54,677 nucleotides of DNA from an uncultured Myxococcales bacterium (GTDB lineage Bacteria > Myxococcota_A > Polyangia > Fen-1088), in NCBI GenBank assembly GCA_964535465.1, contig CAZHUY010000004.1, positions 1 through 54,677 on the forward strand, in the 5' to 3' direction. Under the pieces are notes generated by a model, which saw only the letters and a program-made list of their open reading frames with translations, did no database searches and was not told the DNA's origin. The number at the start of each line of letters is the position of its first letter. Within the stretch, counting starts at the first letter, position 1. Shown here one piece after another: positions 25,069 to 33,584 of the stretch. The position numbers and the translations under genes are program-made.

Positions 25069-27336
25069 ATGCGCCGCCGCTGCTCACTGGGTCTGTGCCT
25101 GGTCCTTCTCGGCTGTCATGCGGGGCTGAAGGTCCGTGGCGACGCCGGGAGCGACGGCGTTCGTCTTGTCGCTGACGCCACGGCGAACGACGCCGCCACT
25201 CCTCTCGAAGATCGGGATGCCGCTTCCGACACCGGGCTGATCGGATTTTGCGGAAGGGTGGTGGCTGTGGCCGCGGGAACGGTGCATGCCTGCGCCGTGT
25301 CGAACGATGGTGTGCTGTGGTGCTGGGGTGACAACAGCGAGGGGCAGTTGGGCGACGGCACGACCGAAACCCGGACAACCCCCGTGCGCGTTGCGGGCCT
25401 GGGCACGGATGTGGCGCAGGTCGCGCTCAGCTACCTCTCTACCTGCGCGCTCATGCGCGATGGGGCTCTGTGGTGCTGGGGCAACAACAAGAACGGCCAA
25501 CTCGGCAACGACACCTGGACGGGCTCGCACACACCCAAGGCGGTCAAAAGCCTGGAGGGCCGGGTGGTGCAGTTGGTGGCGGACGGGTCAGTGTGCGCGC
25601 GGACCAGCGAAGGCCGGGTCTGGTGCTGGGGCTACCTACCCGACAACTCCACCATCATGCTCCTCAACCGGCCCCAGGAGATTGTCGGGCTCTCCGATGC
25701 TACCGACATCGCCGTGGGCTGGTCGCACCGTTGCGCGCTCAGATCCGACGGCACGGTCTGGTGCTGGGGCTCCAATTCCAAAGGTCAGTTGGGCAACGGC
25801 TCGCGCAAGGGCGGCCCGGCGCTCGTGCAAGTGAACGGCCTACCTCCGGCGAGACGGGTCTTTGCCGCCGCCGATGGGTCGTGCGCCCTCATGATGGACG
25901 GGTCGTTGTGGTGCTGGGGCGACGTGAACGACAGCCTGACCCCCACGCTCATGGGCCATCTGCCCGACACCGCCGAGGTGGCCCTGGGAAGCGAGCACGC
26001 GTGCGCGCGCCGCCACGATGGTACGGTGTGGTGCTGGGGAGGCAACCAGTACGGCCAATTGGGTGACGGAACGCTTTTGCCCAAGCCGTCGCCCTCGCTG
26101 GTGCGCGAGGTGAGGGAGGCCAGGCACATCGCCGTGGGTGGCGCCTTCGCCTGCGCGGTCGACGGGGAGGATGAGTTGCATTGTTGGGGCAGCAACGATT
26201 GGGGGACGCTCGGCATCGGTCGCTTGCCTGTGCAAACCGTGCCCAAGCCGGTCGCCAGCCTCAGCGCGCGCGTGGCGCAGCTCTCCGCCTCCGACCAGTC
26301 TTTTTGTGCACGTGGCGTGGACGGCGCTGTCTCCTGCTGGGGCAACAGCTTCTACACTGAGCTGGGCTATGGTCCCCAATCGGTGACGGCACGGCCGGCG
26401 CCCCTGACCTCGCTAGGCACCCGGGCGGTGCACATCGCCTCGGGCGGCGCGGGCACCTCGTGCGCCGTGCTGGCCGAGGGCGGGGCCTGGTGCTGGGGCA
26501 TGGTCAGCAACGCCAAGGGCGTGTTCGATCGCAAACCCTTTCCCGAGCAGGTCGCCGACCTACCGCGCGCGCGCCAAATCGCCGCGGGTTGGGGGCACGC
26601 CTGCACGCGCGGCGATGACGGCGTTTCCTGTTGGGGACGCAACGACAGCGGCGAGCTGGGCAACGGAGCCAAGTTCCTCTTCGCCATGGTACCCGGGCCG
26701 GTGAAGGACATCGGGGCGGACGTGGTGCAACTGGCCTCGTCGTACAACCACACCTGTGCGCGCCTATCCGACGGAACGCTGAAGTGCTGGGGCGCCAACA
26801 CCTGGGGCCAGCTGGGCGACGGCACCACCGCCGAGCGCCTGACCCCGGTGCAGGTGGCCGGGCTGGGCGGCAAGGCACGCGACGTGGCCACGGGTTGGGG
26901 CCACACCTGTGCCGTGCTCGAGACCGGCACGACCTGGTGCTGGGGCCAAAACGATCTGGGCCAACTGGCCGTCGACGCGCCAAGCTCCAGCCCCACGCCG
27001 GTGCGTATCGCGGGCCTGCCGCCGGCCCTGGCGGTTTCCAGCGGCGAGAACCACATCTGCGCGCTGGCCGTCGGCGAGGTCTGGTGCTGGGGACGCAACG
27101 ACATGGGCCAATTGGGCAACGGCACGAACGAGCCATGGCGCTCCGCCGCGACCCCGCCGGTGCGCGCGCAAGCCCCGGGCGTCGTCTTCGTCGAGGTCAG
27201 CGCGGGCGCCAACGCCACCTGCGCCCGCAGCAAGGACGACAACGTGTGGTGCTGGGGCACCCGGAACCACGGCTTGCAGGCCGACGGCGAAACCGGGTAC
27301 AGCCCAAAGCCGATGGCCGTGGCGGGGTGCCGCTGA
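25069..27336 (+). CDS. Lipoprotein with 14 RCC1 repeats (predicted double seven-bladed beta-propeller)
   Basis: Lipobox LCLVLLGC. There are 14 occurrences of the (W/H/S/K)CWG-x-N-x-x-GQLG blade signature (for example VLWCWGDNSEGQLGDG, ALWCWGNNKNGQLGND, TVWCWGSNSKGQLGNG). The gene starts 12 nt after the nuoN stop. Confidence 0.85.
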   Translation: MRRRCSLGLCLVLLGCHAGLKVRGDAGSDGVRLVADATANDAATPLEDRDAASDTGLIGFCGRVVAVAAGTVHACAVSNDGVLWCWGDNSEGQLGDGTTETRTTPVRVAGLGTDVAQVALSYLSTCALMRDGALWCWGNNKNGQLGNDTWTGSHTPKAVKSLEGRVVQLVADGSVCARTSEGRVWCWGYLPDNSTIMLLNRPQEIVGLSDATDIAVGWSHRCALRSDGTVWCWGSNSKGQLGNGSRKGGPALVQVNGLPPARRVFAAADGSCALMMDGSLWCWGDVNDSLTPTLMGHLPDTAEVALGSEHACARRHDGTVWCWGGNQYGQLGDGTLLPKPSPSLVREVREARHIAVGGAFACAVDGEDELHCWGSNDWGTLGIGRLPVQTVPKPVASLSARVAQLSASDQSFCARGVDGAVSCWGNSFYTELGYGPQSVTARPAPLTSLGTRAVHIASGGAGTSCAVLAEGGAWCWGMVSNAKGVFDRKPFPEQVADLPRARQIAAGWGHACTRGDDGVSCWGRNDSGELGNGAKFLFAMVPGPVKDIGADVVQLASSYNHTCARLSDGTLKCWGANTWGQLGDGTTAERLTPVQVAGLGGKARDVATGWGHTCAVLETGTTWCWGQNDLGQLAVDAPSSSPTPVRIAGLPPALAVSSGENHICALAVGEVWCWGRNDMGQLGNGTNEPWRSAATPPVRAQAPGVVFVEVSAGANATCARSKDDNVWCWGTRNHGLQADGETGYSPKPMAVAGCR

Positions 27337-27342
27337 CGCCGT

Positions 27343-27891
27343 CTACCACGTCTCCTTGTGTACGTACTTCGCGTCGAACCTGGTGCGTGCCGGCTTCTCC
27401 TCGGCGGGCCAGCCGATGGCGATGCCGGAGACCGGGACGATGTTCGCGGGCAACCCCAGGATCTTGCTCACGGCCTCGATGCGGGGCTGGCGCGGGTGAA
27501 TGCCCAGCCAGCAGGCGCCCAGCCCCAGGGCGTGGGCGGCCAGCAGCAGGTTCTCGATGGCGGCCGCGCAGTCTTGCAGCAGGTAGCTGAGCTCGTTGGC
27601 GTGGGCGGCGTCGAGATCACCGCACACCACGATGCCCAGCGGGGCGCCGGCGATCATGCTGCCGTTGGGCAGAGCGGTGGCCAGGGCTTGCAGGGTGGGC
27701 TTTTGGCGTGCCAGCACGAAACGCCAGGGATCCTTGCCACAGGCCGAAGGTGCGGCCATGGCCGCGGCCAGGAGATCGGCGACCATTTCGTCGGCGATGG
27801 GTTTCTGCTGATAGGCGCGCACGCTGCGCCGGCCGAAGAGGAAGGACAGTTGAGGGTTGAGGGCAGGGCTCATGGAAAGCGGTCTTACCAT
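27343..27891 (-). CDS. Nitroreductase-family flavoprotein
   Basis: Motifs: RRSVRAYQQKPI, LLAAAMAAPSACGKDPWRFV, QDCAAAIENLLLAAHALGLGACWLG, and GLP...PVSGIAIGWP near the C-terminus. Confidence 0.8.
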   Translation of the reverse strand: MVRPLSMSPALNPQLSFLFGRRSVRAYQQKPIADEMVADLLAAAMAAPSACGKDPWRFVLARQKPTLQALATALPNGSMIAGAPLGIVVCGDLDAAHANELSYLLQDCAAAIENLLLAAHALGLGACWLGIHPRQPRIEAVSKILGLPANIVPVSGIAIGWPAEEKPARTRFDAKYVHKETW

Positions 27892-28070
27892 GAAGCCGGG
27901 CCGCCCAGCAGAGGGCCGCAGGGACCACGCTCGGCCGCTTGTCGTCCCGGCGGAGACGGGAGTGGTGGACCCGTGTTATCCTCGTGGCAGGGCTTTGGTG
28001 CCGCATGCTGGGTTCTACCATCAACGATGATTCGGCCGAGCGTCGTCATGCTGCTGTTTCTCCATGAGTC

Positions 28071-29105
28071 ATGACGCAAGATCGTGATGACCCTGCCAGT
28101 GAGGATGGACCGGCGGCAGGCGGTCCTGCCGAGGAGGGCGTGACCAAACCCGTCTCTGCTCCCCCCTCGGTGGAGGCGCCAAGGTCGCGTTCGGTTGGCA
28201 GCTTTGCCGAATGGTTGCTGTTGCGGAAGAACTCGAGCGATGTTCGAGCCGCGGGCGGAAGCCTCTCGGCCGCGCGCAAGCAGAACATTCAGAGGGCACG
28301 CAACCTGGCCGAGATCGGCGATTGGGTCCTCGAATCAGCGGAGAGCGCCGCGCATCTCGCCGCCCTGAGTCTGTACCGCGAGGCCGTCTATTGGCTCTTT
28401 GCACCCGATACCCCGAGTCCCGTCACCATGACGGCCGTGTTCGATGCGGCCCCGCGAGAGATGCTGGAAAGCGCCGCCGGCGGTTGCGCGGAGCTGGCGC
28501 GCATGCGCACCACCCTGGCCGAGCAAGACTTCGTGGCCAGCGCCAATCTGCCGTCGGCCGAGCAGCGCACCGCCGCGCAATCGGCGAGCAGGTTCGTCAA
28601 GTCCCTCGTTCATCAAGTGCGAGAGCAGGCCGAAGGTCGCTCTCGCCTGGCGCGCCTCCCTTGGCGAAGGATGGCTCTCGCCTCGCTGGCCCTCATCGCC
28701 GTCCTCTCCCTGGTCGGGCTTGCGGCCAAGGTCTTCAGCCGCACCGATCTTGCCCAGGGCAAGCCGTGGACCACCAACAGTTCGCTGCGGGCCGACCTGC
28801 CTTCGAACCTGATGTTCCACACGGCGCTTCCCCACGAGATGAATCCCTGGTTCGAGATTGACCTGGGCGAGCCCAAGCGCATCCGCAGTCTCCACGTCAG
28901 GAACCGCACGGACTGTTGCCAGGATCGGACGACTCCGCTGCTGGCCGAAGTCAGCCTCGATCGAGTCACTTGGACCACCGTGGCCTTGCGCGAGGGCTAT
29001 TTCATTACCTGGACCCCCAGCTTCCCCCCCACCGACGCGCGCTATGTCCGCTTGCGTGTCCCCCGGGTCAGTGCCCTGCACCTCGAGGAAGTCAAAGTCT
29101 TCTAA
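28071..29105 (+). CDS. Type II membrane protein with a C-terminal discoidin (F5/8 type C-like) carbohydrate-binding domain
   Basis: A soluble N-terminal region of about 200 aa, a single TM helix (MALASLALIAVLSLVGLAA), then NPWFEIDLGEPKRIRSLHVRNRTDCCQDRTTPLLAEVSLDRVTW...ARYVRLRV. Confidence 0.7.
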   Translation: MTQDRDDPASEDGPAAGGPAEEGVTKPVSAPPSVEAPRSRSVGSFAEWLLLRKNSSDVRAAGGSLSAARKQNIQRARNLAEIGDWVLESAESAAHLAALSLYREAVYWLFAPDTPSPVTMTAVFDAAPREMLESAAGGCAELARMRTTLAEQDFVASANLPSAEQRTAAQSASRFVKSLVHQVREQAEGRSRLARLPWRRMALASLALIAVLSLVGLAAKVFSRTDLAQGKPWTTNSSLRADLPSNLMFHTALPHEMNPWFEIDLGEPKRIRSLHVRNRTDCCQDRTTPLLAEVSLDRVTWTTVALREGYFITWTPSFPPTDARYVRLRVPRVSALHLEEVKVF

Positions 29106-31027
29106 TGGGCGGTTTCCTGGCGAAGAACGTGCACCTGCTCGCGGCCTTGGCGGTCTTTGTGTGCTCGCGTGTTCTTCTGGTGCTGCTGCAGGTCCGCTTC
29201 GATGCCAGCCCGTTGACCTACTACTGGCAGTACGTGGATCCCGAGCTGCTGCGCCAGGATCTGCTCCGATCGATCTTCTACCTTCACTCCCAGCCACCGC
29301 TCTTCAATTTCTTCATCGGCATCGTCCTCAAGCTCTTTCCACACGGCTACGCCACGGCGTTCTCTCTCATCTTCTACGGCCTGGGAATCGTCCTGACCCT
29401 GAGCCTCTTTCGCTTGTTGGTGCTCTTGCGCATCCCCAAGACCCTGGCGCTCATCCTGACCGTTGTCTTCATCTTGTCTCCCGCCGTGCTCATGTACGAG
29501 CGCTGGTTCTTCTACGAGTACCCCTCCATGGTGCTCTTCTGCGCGCTCAGCTATTTCTTCTGCAAGTCTGTCGCCCGGGGCAGTGCCGGGGACGCCTTCG
29601 TGACCTTCGTGCTGGCGGCCGCCCTGTCCTTGATCCTGAATACCTTCCACTTCGTTTGGATGGTCGCCCTGGTCGCCGCGATGTGCATCCTCCATGGACG
29701 GTCGCGGAAGAGGGTGTTGCTGGCAGGGGCGCTGCCGCTCGCCATCGTCTTTGCCTTCAACCTGAAGAACCTGGTCGTCTTCGGGCATTTCAACATGGCG
29801 CCCTATCACTCCTCTGGGGCGCTGGCGCTGGAGACGGTTCTGCGCCTTCCCCTTCCCATGCGCGAAGAGCTGCACAGAGAGGGCAAGATCTCCAAGTGGT
29901 CGCTGGTCGGCCCCTACGCCGAGAGGCTGGAAGAGTATACGAACATAGGCATCGCGGCCCCACGTCGCTGGGGTGTTCCCGTTCTCGATGAGATGACCAA
30001 ATCGACCGGGGCGGTGAACCGGCATCACATCGTGTTTCTGGAGATGGCCGACGACCTGGCCCGCGACGCCATGTTTGCGGTCAAGCACTACCCCGACGTC
30101 ATCGCGCCGTCGGAGCCCAAGATCAAAAAGTGGCTCTTCGCCACGCCTGACGATTGCTGGGGCGTGCCCCGTTATGACCGCCTCGCCGGCTACACCAAAT
30201 GGTACTCGTTGATCTTCTTCGGTCCTGGGAACGCTTGGCTCGCCGTCGAATTGCTCCTTCCGCTTGCCTTCGCCCCGGTCGTGCTTCTTCGTGGCCTGCG
30301 CAAGCGAATCGCCAAATCCACCGCCGTGTTCTGGGGCTTCCTGGCCATCAACGTGGTCGGCTTCAACCTGCCCATGATCTTCTTGTCTGGTTACGAGCAA
30401 CACCGCTATCGATTCAGAACGGATTCACTCTCCTTCGTCTTGCTCGCCCTCCTGATGATGCACGGCTGGCGGGCGGTCGTGCGGCTGTGGCGCAAGCGCG
30501 GACCGACGGGGTGGAGCCGGCGACCATGGTTGGTTCCCGCGCCCGCCGCTTTGGCCGGCGCCACGACAGCGTCCCCGCCATCCTCTCCGCTCGGTCTCTT
30601 CCTCGATTCATTCTTCATGAATCTGGGGTTCGCGAGCCCCGCCGATCCCGCGGGGGCGTCGCGCGCGGGCCAGCAACAATCGCAAGAGGTCAGGAGCTGG
30701 CTCGAGGCGAACGGGGAAGCCATCTTGGGAAGCCGCCCCTGTAGCTTTGCTGGGCGCATGACCGCGGATGTCGGCGAGGTGCGTTTTGCCGCCAAGGACG
30801 ATGCGCTCTACATCATTCTGCTCGCGCGCCCCGCGGGACGGACCCTGACCCTTGATGGCTTGGTCCTCGAGCCCGACAGCACCGTCACCATGCTGGGCCA
30901 TCAAACGGGATCTCTCGAGGTCTCGCAGTTCAAGTCGGCCCTGACCATCCTGCTTCCCCAGCCCTTGCCCGCGTGGCCGGCCTACACCTTCAAGGTGACA
31001 CCGCTGCCCAAGAGCGTCTCTCTCTGA
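29105..31027 (+). CDS. Polytopic GT-C-like (PMT_2/ArnT-like) membrane protein with a C-terminal alpha-L-fucosidase-C-like beta-sandwich domain
   Basis: The start ATG shares one nt with the upstream stop (TAATG). The first loop has an acidic motif plus HSQPPLFNF, similar to the hPPL signature of GT-C enzymes. There are at least 9 hydrophobic helices. The tail VRFAAKDDALYIILLARPAGRTLTLDGLVLEPDSTVTMLG...AYTFKVTPLP resembles fucosidase C-terminal domains. The family assignment is tentative. Confidence 0.6.
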   Translation: MGGFLAKNVHLLAALAVFVCSRVLLVLLQVRFDASPLTYYWQYVDPELLRQDLLRSIFYLHSQPPLFNFFIGIVLKLFPHGYATAFSLIFYGLGIVLTLSLFRLLVLLRIPKTLALILTVVFILSPAVLMYERWFFYEYPSMVLFCALSYFFCKSVARGSAGDAFVTFVLAAALSLILNTFHFVWMVALVAAMCILHGRSRKRVLLAGALPLAIVFAFNLKNLVVFGHFNMAPYHSSGALALETVLRLPLPMREELHREGKISKWSLVGPYAERLEEYTNIGIAAPRRWGVPVLDEMTKSTGAVNRHHIVFLEMADDLARDAMFAVKHYPDVIAPSEPKIKKWLFATPDDCWGVPRYDRLAGYTKWYSLIFFGPGNAWLAVELLLPLAFAPVVLLRGLRKRIAKSTAVFWGFLAINVVGFNLPMIFLSGYEQHRYRFRTDSLSFVLLALLMMHGWRAVVRLWRKRGPTGWSRRPWLVPAPAALAGATTASPPSSPLGLFLDSFFMNLGFASPADPAGASRAGQQQSQEVRSWLEANGEAILGSRPCSFAGRMTADVGEVRFAAKDDALYIILLARPAGRTLTLDGLVLEPDSTVTMLGHQTGSLEVSQFKSALTILLPQPLPAWPAYTFKVTPLPKSVSL

Positions 31028-31076
31028 GGCGCGCGCCCGCGCATGCGTCGTGGCTCTCATGCGCGGCGATCCGAAC

Positions 31077-31679
31077 TCAGGGTTCGGACCCGCGACAGCG
31101 CTGGGTGTAGGCACCGGCCAGGCCAGGGACACCGGGGGCGCCGTCGGGAAAGGCGCGCAGAATCCTGGCAAGGAGGGCCGTGCGTTGCGCGGGCGGTGTC
31201 TGCTGGTGCTCGGTCGCGAAGGCGTAGGCGACCTTGGGGGTGGTGACGCCCAGGGCCCCTCGCAGCTCCAGCTCCAGCGAGAGCGCGTGTGCTTCGGCGT
31301 TCACGGCCGCGTTCACGCGTTCCTCGCAGGGGGCTTGCGAGGGGGGCCAGGGTGGAATGAGCAGGTGCATGAGCAGGTGAGCGGCGCGTGCTGCGGCCTC
31401 ATCGTCGCCCAGGCTTTGGTCGAGGATGAGGGGACCGTCTTCCCGCAACTGGGATTCCTGGCCGAAGCACCAGAGGCCAAGGTCCGTGGCTTGCGAGACA
31501 GCCTGCGCATCCGGCGTGGCCAAGCGGGGCAGGGCGCCACCCAGCCGTTCGATCAGGCGGGCCTGACGGGCGGGGTCGGCCTGCGTGCCGCGTGGGCACG
31601 CCTGGGGATACGGTCGCGACAGGACCAGGGCCCCGGCCAGCAGCAGCAGAACGGCCGCGATCAGGATCGCCAGACGCAT
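31077..31679 (-). CDS. Secreted hypothetical protein
   Basis: I chose the internal start MRLAILIAAVLLLLAGALVLS (signal peptide or anchor). I recognise no family. It is divergent from the MotA-like gene. Confidence 0.5.
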   Translation of the reverse strand: MRLAILIAAVLLLLAGALVLSRPYPQACPRGTQADPARQARLIERLGGALPRLATPDAQAVSQATDLGLWCFGQESQLREDGPLILDQSLGDDEAAARAAHLLMHLLIPPWPPSQAPCEERVNAAVNAEAHALSLELELRGALGVTTPKVAYAFATEHQQTPPAQRTALLARILRAFPDGAPGVPGLAGAYTQRCRGSEP

Positions 31680-31756
31680 GGTCTCGCCATTGTAACCCGA
31701 GGCGGGCGCATTTTTTTGTTCACAGGTCGGGCCGAGCCAGGCAACCTTGGGGGGCC

Positions 31757-32617
31757 ATGACGTCAACCATTCTCGCTGGGCTCTCCCTCATCGATAGCAT
31801 CGGTCTCGTCATTCTGGGCAGCACCCTCTTGACCCTGGTGCTCGCCATCGTGATGAACCTGTCCTTGCGCGGTCGCTACGCCAGACTCGAGCGCGAGGTG
31901 GCGCGGGCCAGTGCCCCCGACGAGCCGTTCAACCATGCCGTCCTCGACCACATCTGGGCCGAGGCGCGGGCGGCGGCGCAGCGGGGCGGCGAGGTCAACA
32001 CCCAGGCCATCATCGAGGATCGTTTTCAGGCGGAGATGCGGCCGGCGCTGTTGGCCGAGCGCTACGTGCGCGCGGCCACCGGCTTGGTCATCATCCTCGG
32101 CCTGCTGGGCACCTTCTACGGTCTGACCCTGTCCATCGGCAAGATCGTGCAACTGGTGGCGGTGGAGACCGGGGCCAACACCGACATCACCCAGGGCGTG
32201 ACCCAGGGCCTGACCTCGGCGCTCTCGGGCATGGCGGTGGCCTTCTCCAACTCGCTGCTGGGCGTGCTCTCCGCGGTCATCTTGACCATCGTGGGCGTGC
32301 TGTCCAACGTGGCCGACCGACGCACCGGCGTGATGGTGCAGATCGAGGCCTATCTCGAGCGCATGCTGCCCCAGGTGGGGGCGACGCGTGCCCACGCCAT
32401 GGCGGGGACCGGGGCGGGCGAGGCCATGACCCGCTTGGACGGGACGGTGGTGCGCTTCGAGACGGCGCTGCAGAACTTCGCCAAGAGCACGCGCGACTTC
32501 CACGAGTTCAACGCGCACCTCAAGGACAACATCTCGCGCCTGAGCCTGGCCTTCGCCGATCTGAGCGAGACCCTGAAGGCCCACGCCGGTGCCCTGAAGC
32601 CTGGCAGCCGACTCTAG
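31757..32617 (+). CDS. MotA/TolQ/ExbB-family proton-channel protein with a C-terminal helical tail of about 100 aa
   Basis: I chose the start MTSTILAGLSLIDSIGLVILG (TM1). The channel core is LVIILGLLGTFYGLTLSIGKI and GLTSALSGMAVAFSNSLLGVLSAVILTIV. The helical C-terminal tail includes FETALQNFAKSTRDFHEFNAHLKDNISRLSLAFADLSETL. Confidence 0.75.
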   Translation: MTSTILAGLSLIDSIGLVILGSTLLTLVLAIVMNLSLRGRYARLEREVARASAPDEPFNHAVLDHIWAEARAAAQRGGEVNTQAIIEDRFQAEMRPALLAERYVRAATGLVIILGLLGTFYGLTLSIGKIVQLVAVETGANTDITQGVTQGLTSALSGMAVAFSNSLLGVLSAVILTIVGVLSNVADRRTGVMVQIEAYLERMLPQVGATRAHAMAGTGAGEAMTRLDGTVVRFETALQNFAKSTRDFHEFNAHLKDNISRLSLAFADLSETLKAHAGALKPGSRL

Positions 32618-32624
32618 GGGCACC

Positions 32625-33536
32625 ATGCGAAACCGCCGCAACCTCCTGTCGGATCACGAGAGCACGCGCGAGATCTGGCCGGCCTTCACCGACGTCATGT
32701 CCACCATGGCGTTGATCCTGTTCGTGTTGGTGCTGCTGGCCTATGTGCGCAACCTGATCAGCGGCAAGCAGATGGATGCCTTCCAGAAGCGCATCGCCGC
32801 CACCGAGCTGCAGTTGCGCAAAATGCAGACCGATCTGCAGAGCGCGGCCGCCGAGCTGTCGCTCTCGCAGATACGCCTGCGCGAGCAGCAGGCGGTGGTG
32901 GCCGACAGCAACCGACAACTCGGCACCCTGCGCTCGCAGTTGCAGGGCATCGCGGTGTTGCGCGTGTCGGTGCTGGACAAGTTGAGGCGCGCCATCGAAG
33001 CCGAGTTGAGCCCGGGCACGGACGCCGGCAGACCCCAGGTGGCGACCATCAGCGACAACGGTGACATCGCCATCAACGAGAGCCTGGTGTTCGAGTTCAA
33101 CTCGCACGCGCTGAAGAAAGAGGCCAAGCCGGTCCTCAATTCGCTGGCCAAGGCCCTGGGCAAGCTGCTGGAAGACCCCGAGGTGCGTGAGAACATCGAT
33201 ACCATCGTCATCCAAGGGCACACCGACGAGCGCGGCTCGGCGGCGTTCAACTGGGAGCTGTCGGCCAAGCGGGCCACCGTGGTGCTCGAGTACCTGTTCC
33301 AGGCCAACAAGACGCTGGCCGACTCTTATGGAAACTACTTCGCCGCCAGCGCCTTCTCCAAGTTCCGTCCCATGAACCCGGCCAAGACCGAGGCCGCCTA
33401 TCAGCAGAACCGGCGCATCGAGATCTCGGTCGTGCCCAGGGACAGCAACGTGCGCAAGGTCATCGACGAGTACGCCCAGAACATCAACCCAGCCCTGCAG
33501 CCCGCCCCCGCCGCGAGCCCGACCCCGGCGCGTTGA
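32625..33536 (+). CDS. MotB/OmpA-family protein: plug-TM segment with conserved Asp, coiled-coil insertion, OmpA-like peptidoglycan-binding domain
   Basis: N-terminus IWPAFTDVMSTMALILFVLVLLA (MotB-type TM helix with Asp). Heptad-rich segment of about 85 aa (QKRIAATELQLRKMQTDLQSAAAELSLSQIRLREQQAVVADSNRQLGTLRSQL). OmpA-like domain motifs: FEFNSHALKKEAKPVL, IQGHTDERGS, NWELSAKRA, NRRIEI. Confidence 0.8.
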   Translation: MRNRRNLLSDHESTREIWPAFTDVMSTMALILFVLVLLAYVRNLISGKQMDAFQKRIAATELQLRKMQTDLQSAAAELSLSQIRLREQQAVVADSNRQLGTLRSQLQGIAVLRVSVLDKLRRAIEAELSPGTDAGRPQVATISDNGDIAINESLVFEFNSHALKKEAKPVLNSLAKALGKLLEDPEVRENIDTIVIQGHTDERGSAAFNWELSAKRATVVLEYLFQANKTLADSYGNYFAASAFSKFRPMNPAKTEAAYQQNRRIEISVVPRDSNVRKVIDEYAQNINPALQPAPAASPTPAR

Positions 33537-33584
33537 ACCCGTCCTAAACCTCGTCCCTTGCCAAGACGATGGTAGAAGTTCGAC

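Noticed and set aside
31757-33536. Calling the MotA/MotB-like pair a flagellar stator or a Zorya (ZorAB) defence system
   Set aside because: There are no flagellar genes and no ZorC/D/E-like genes nearby, and the A subunit (286 aa) is much shorter than ZorA. Only the generic MotA/ExbB plus MotB/OmpA family assignment is supported. The Zorya analogy is kept as a hypothesis in the findings.
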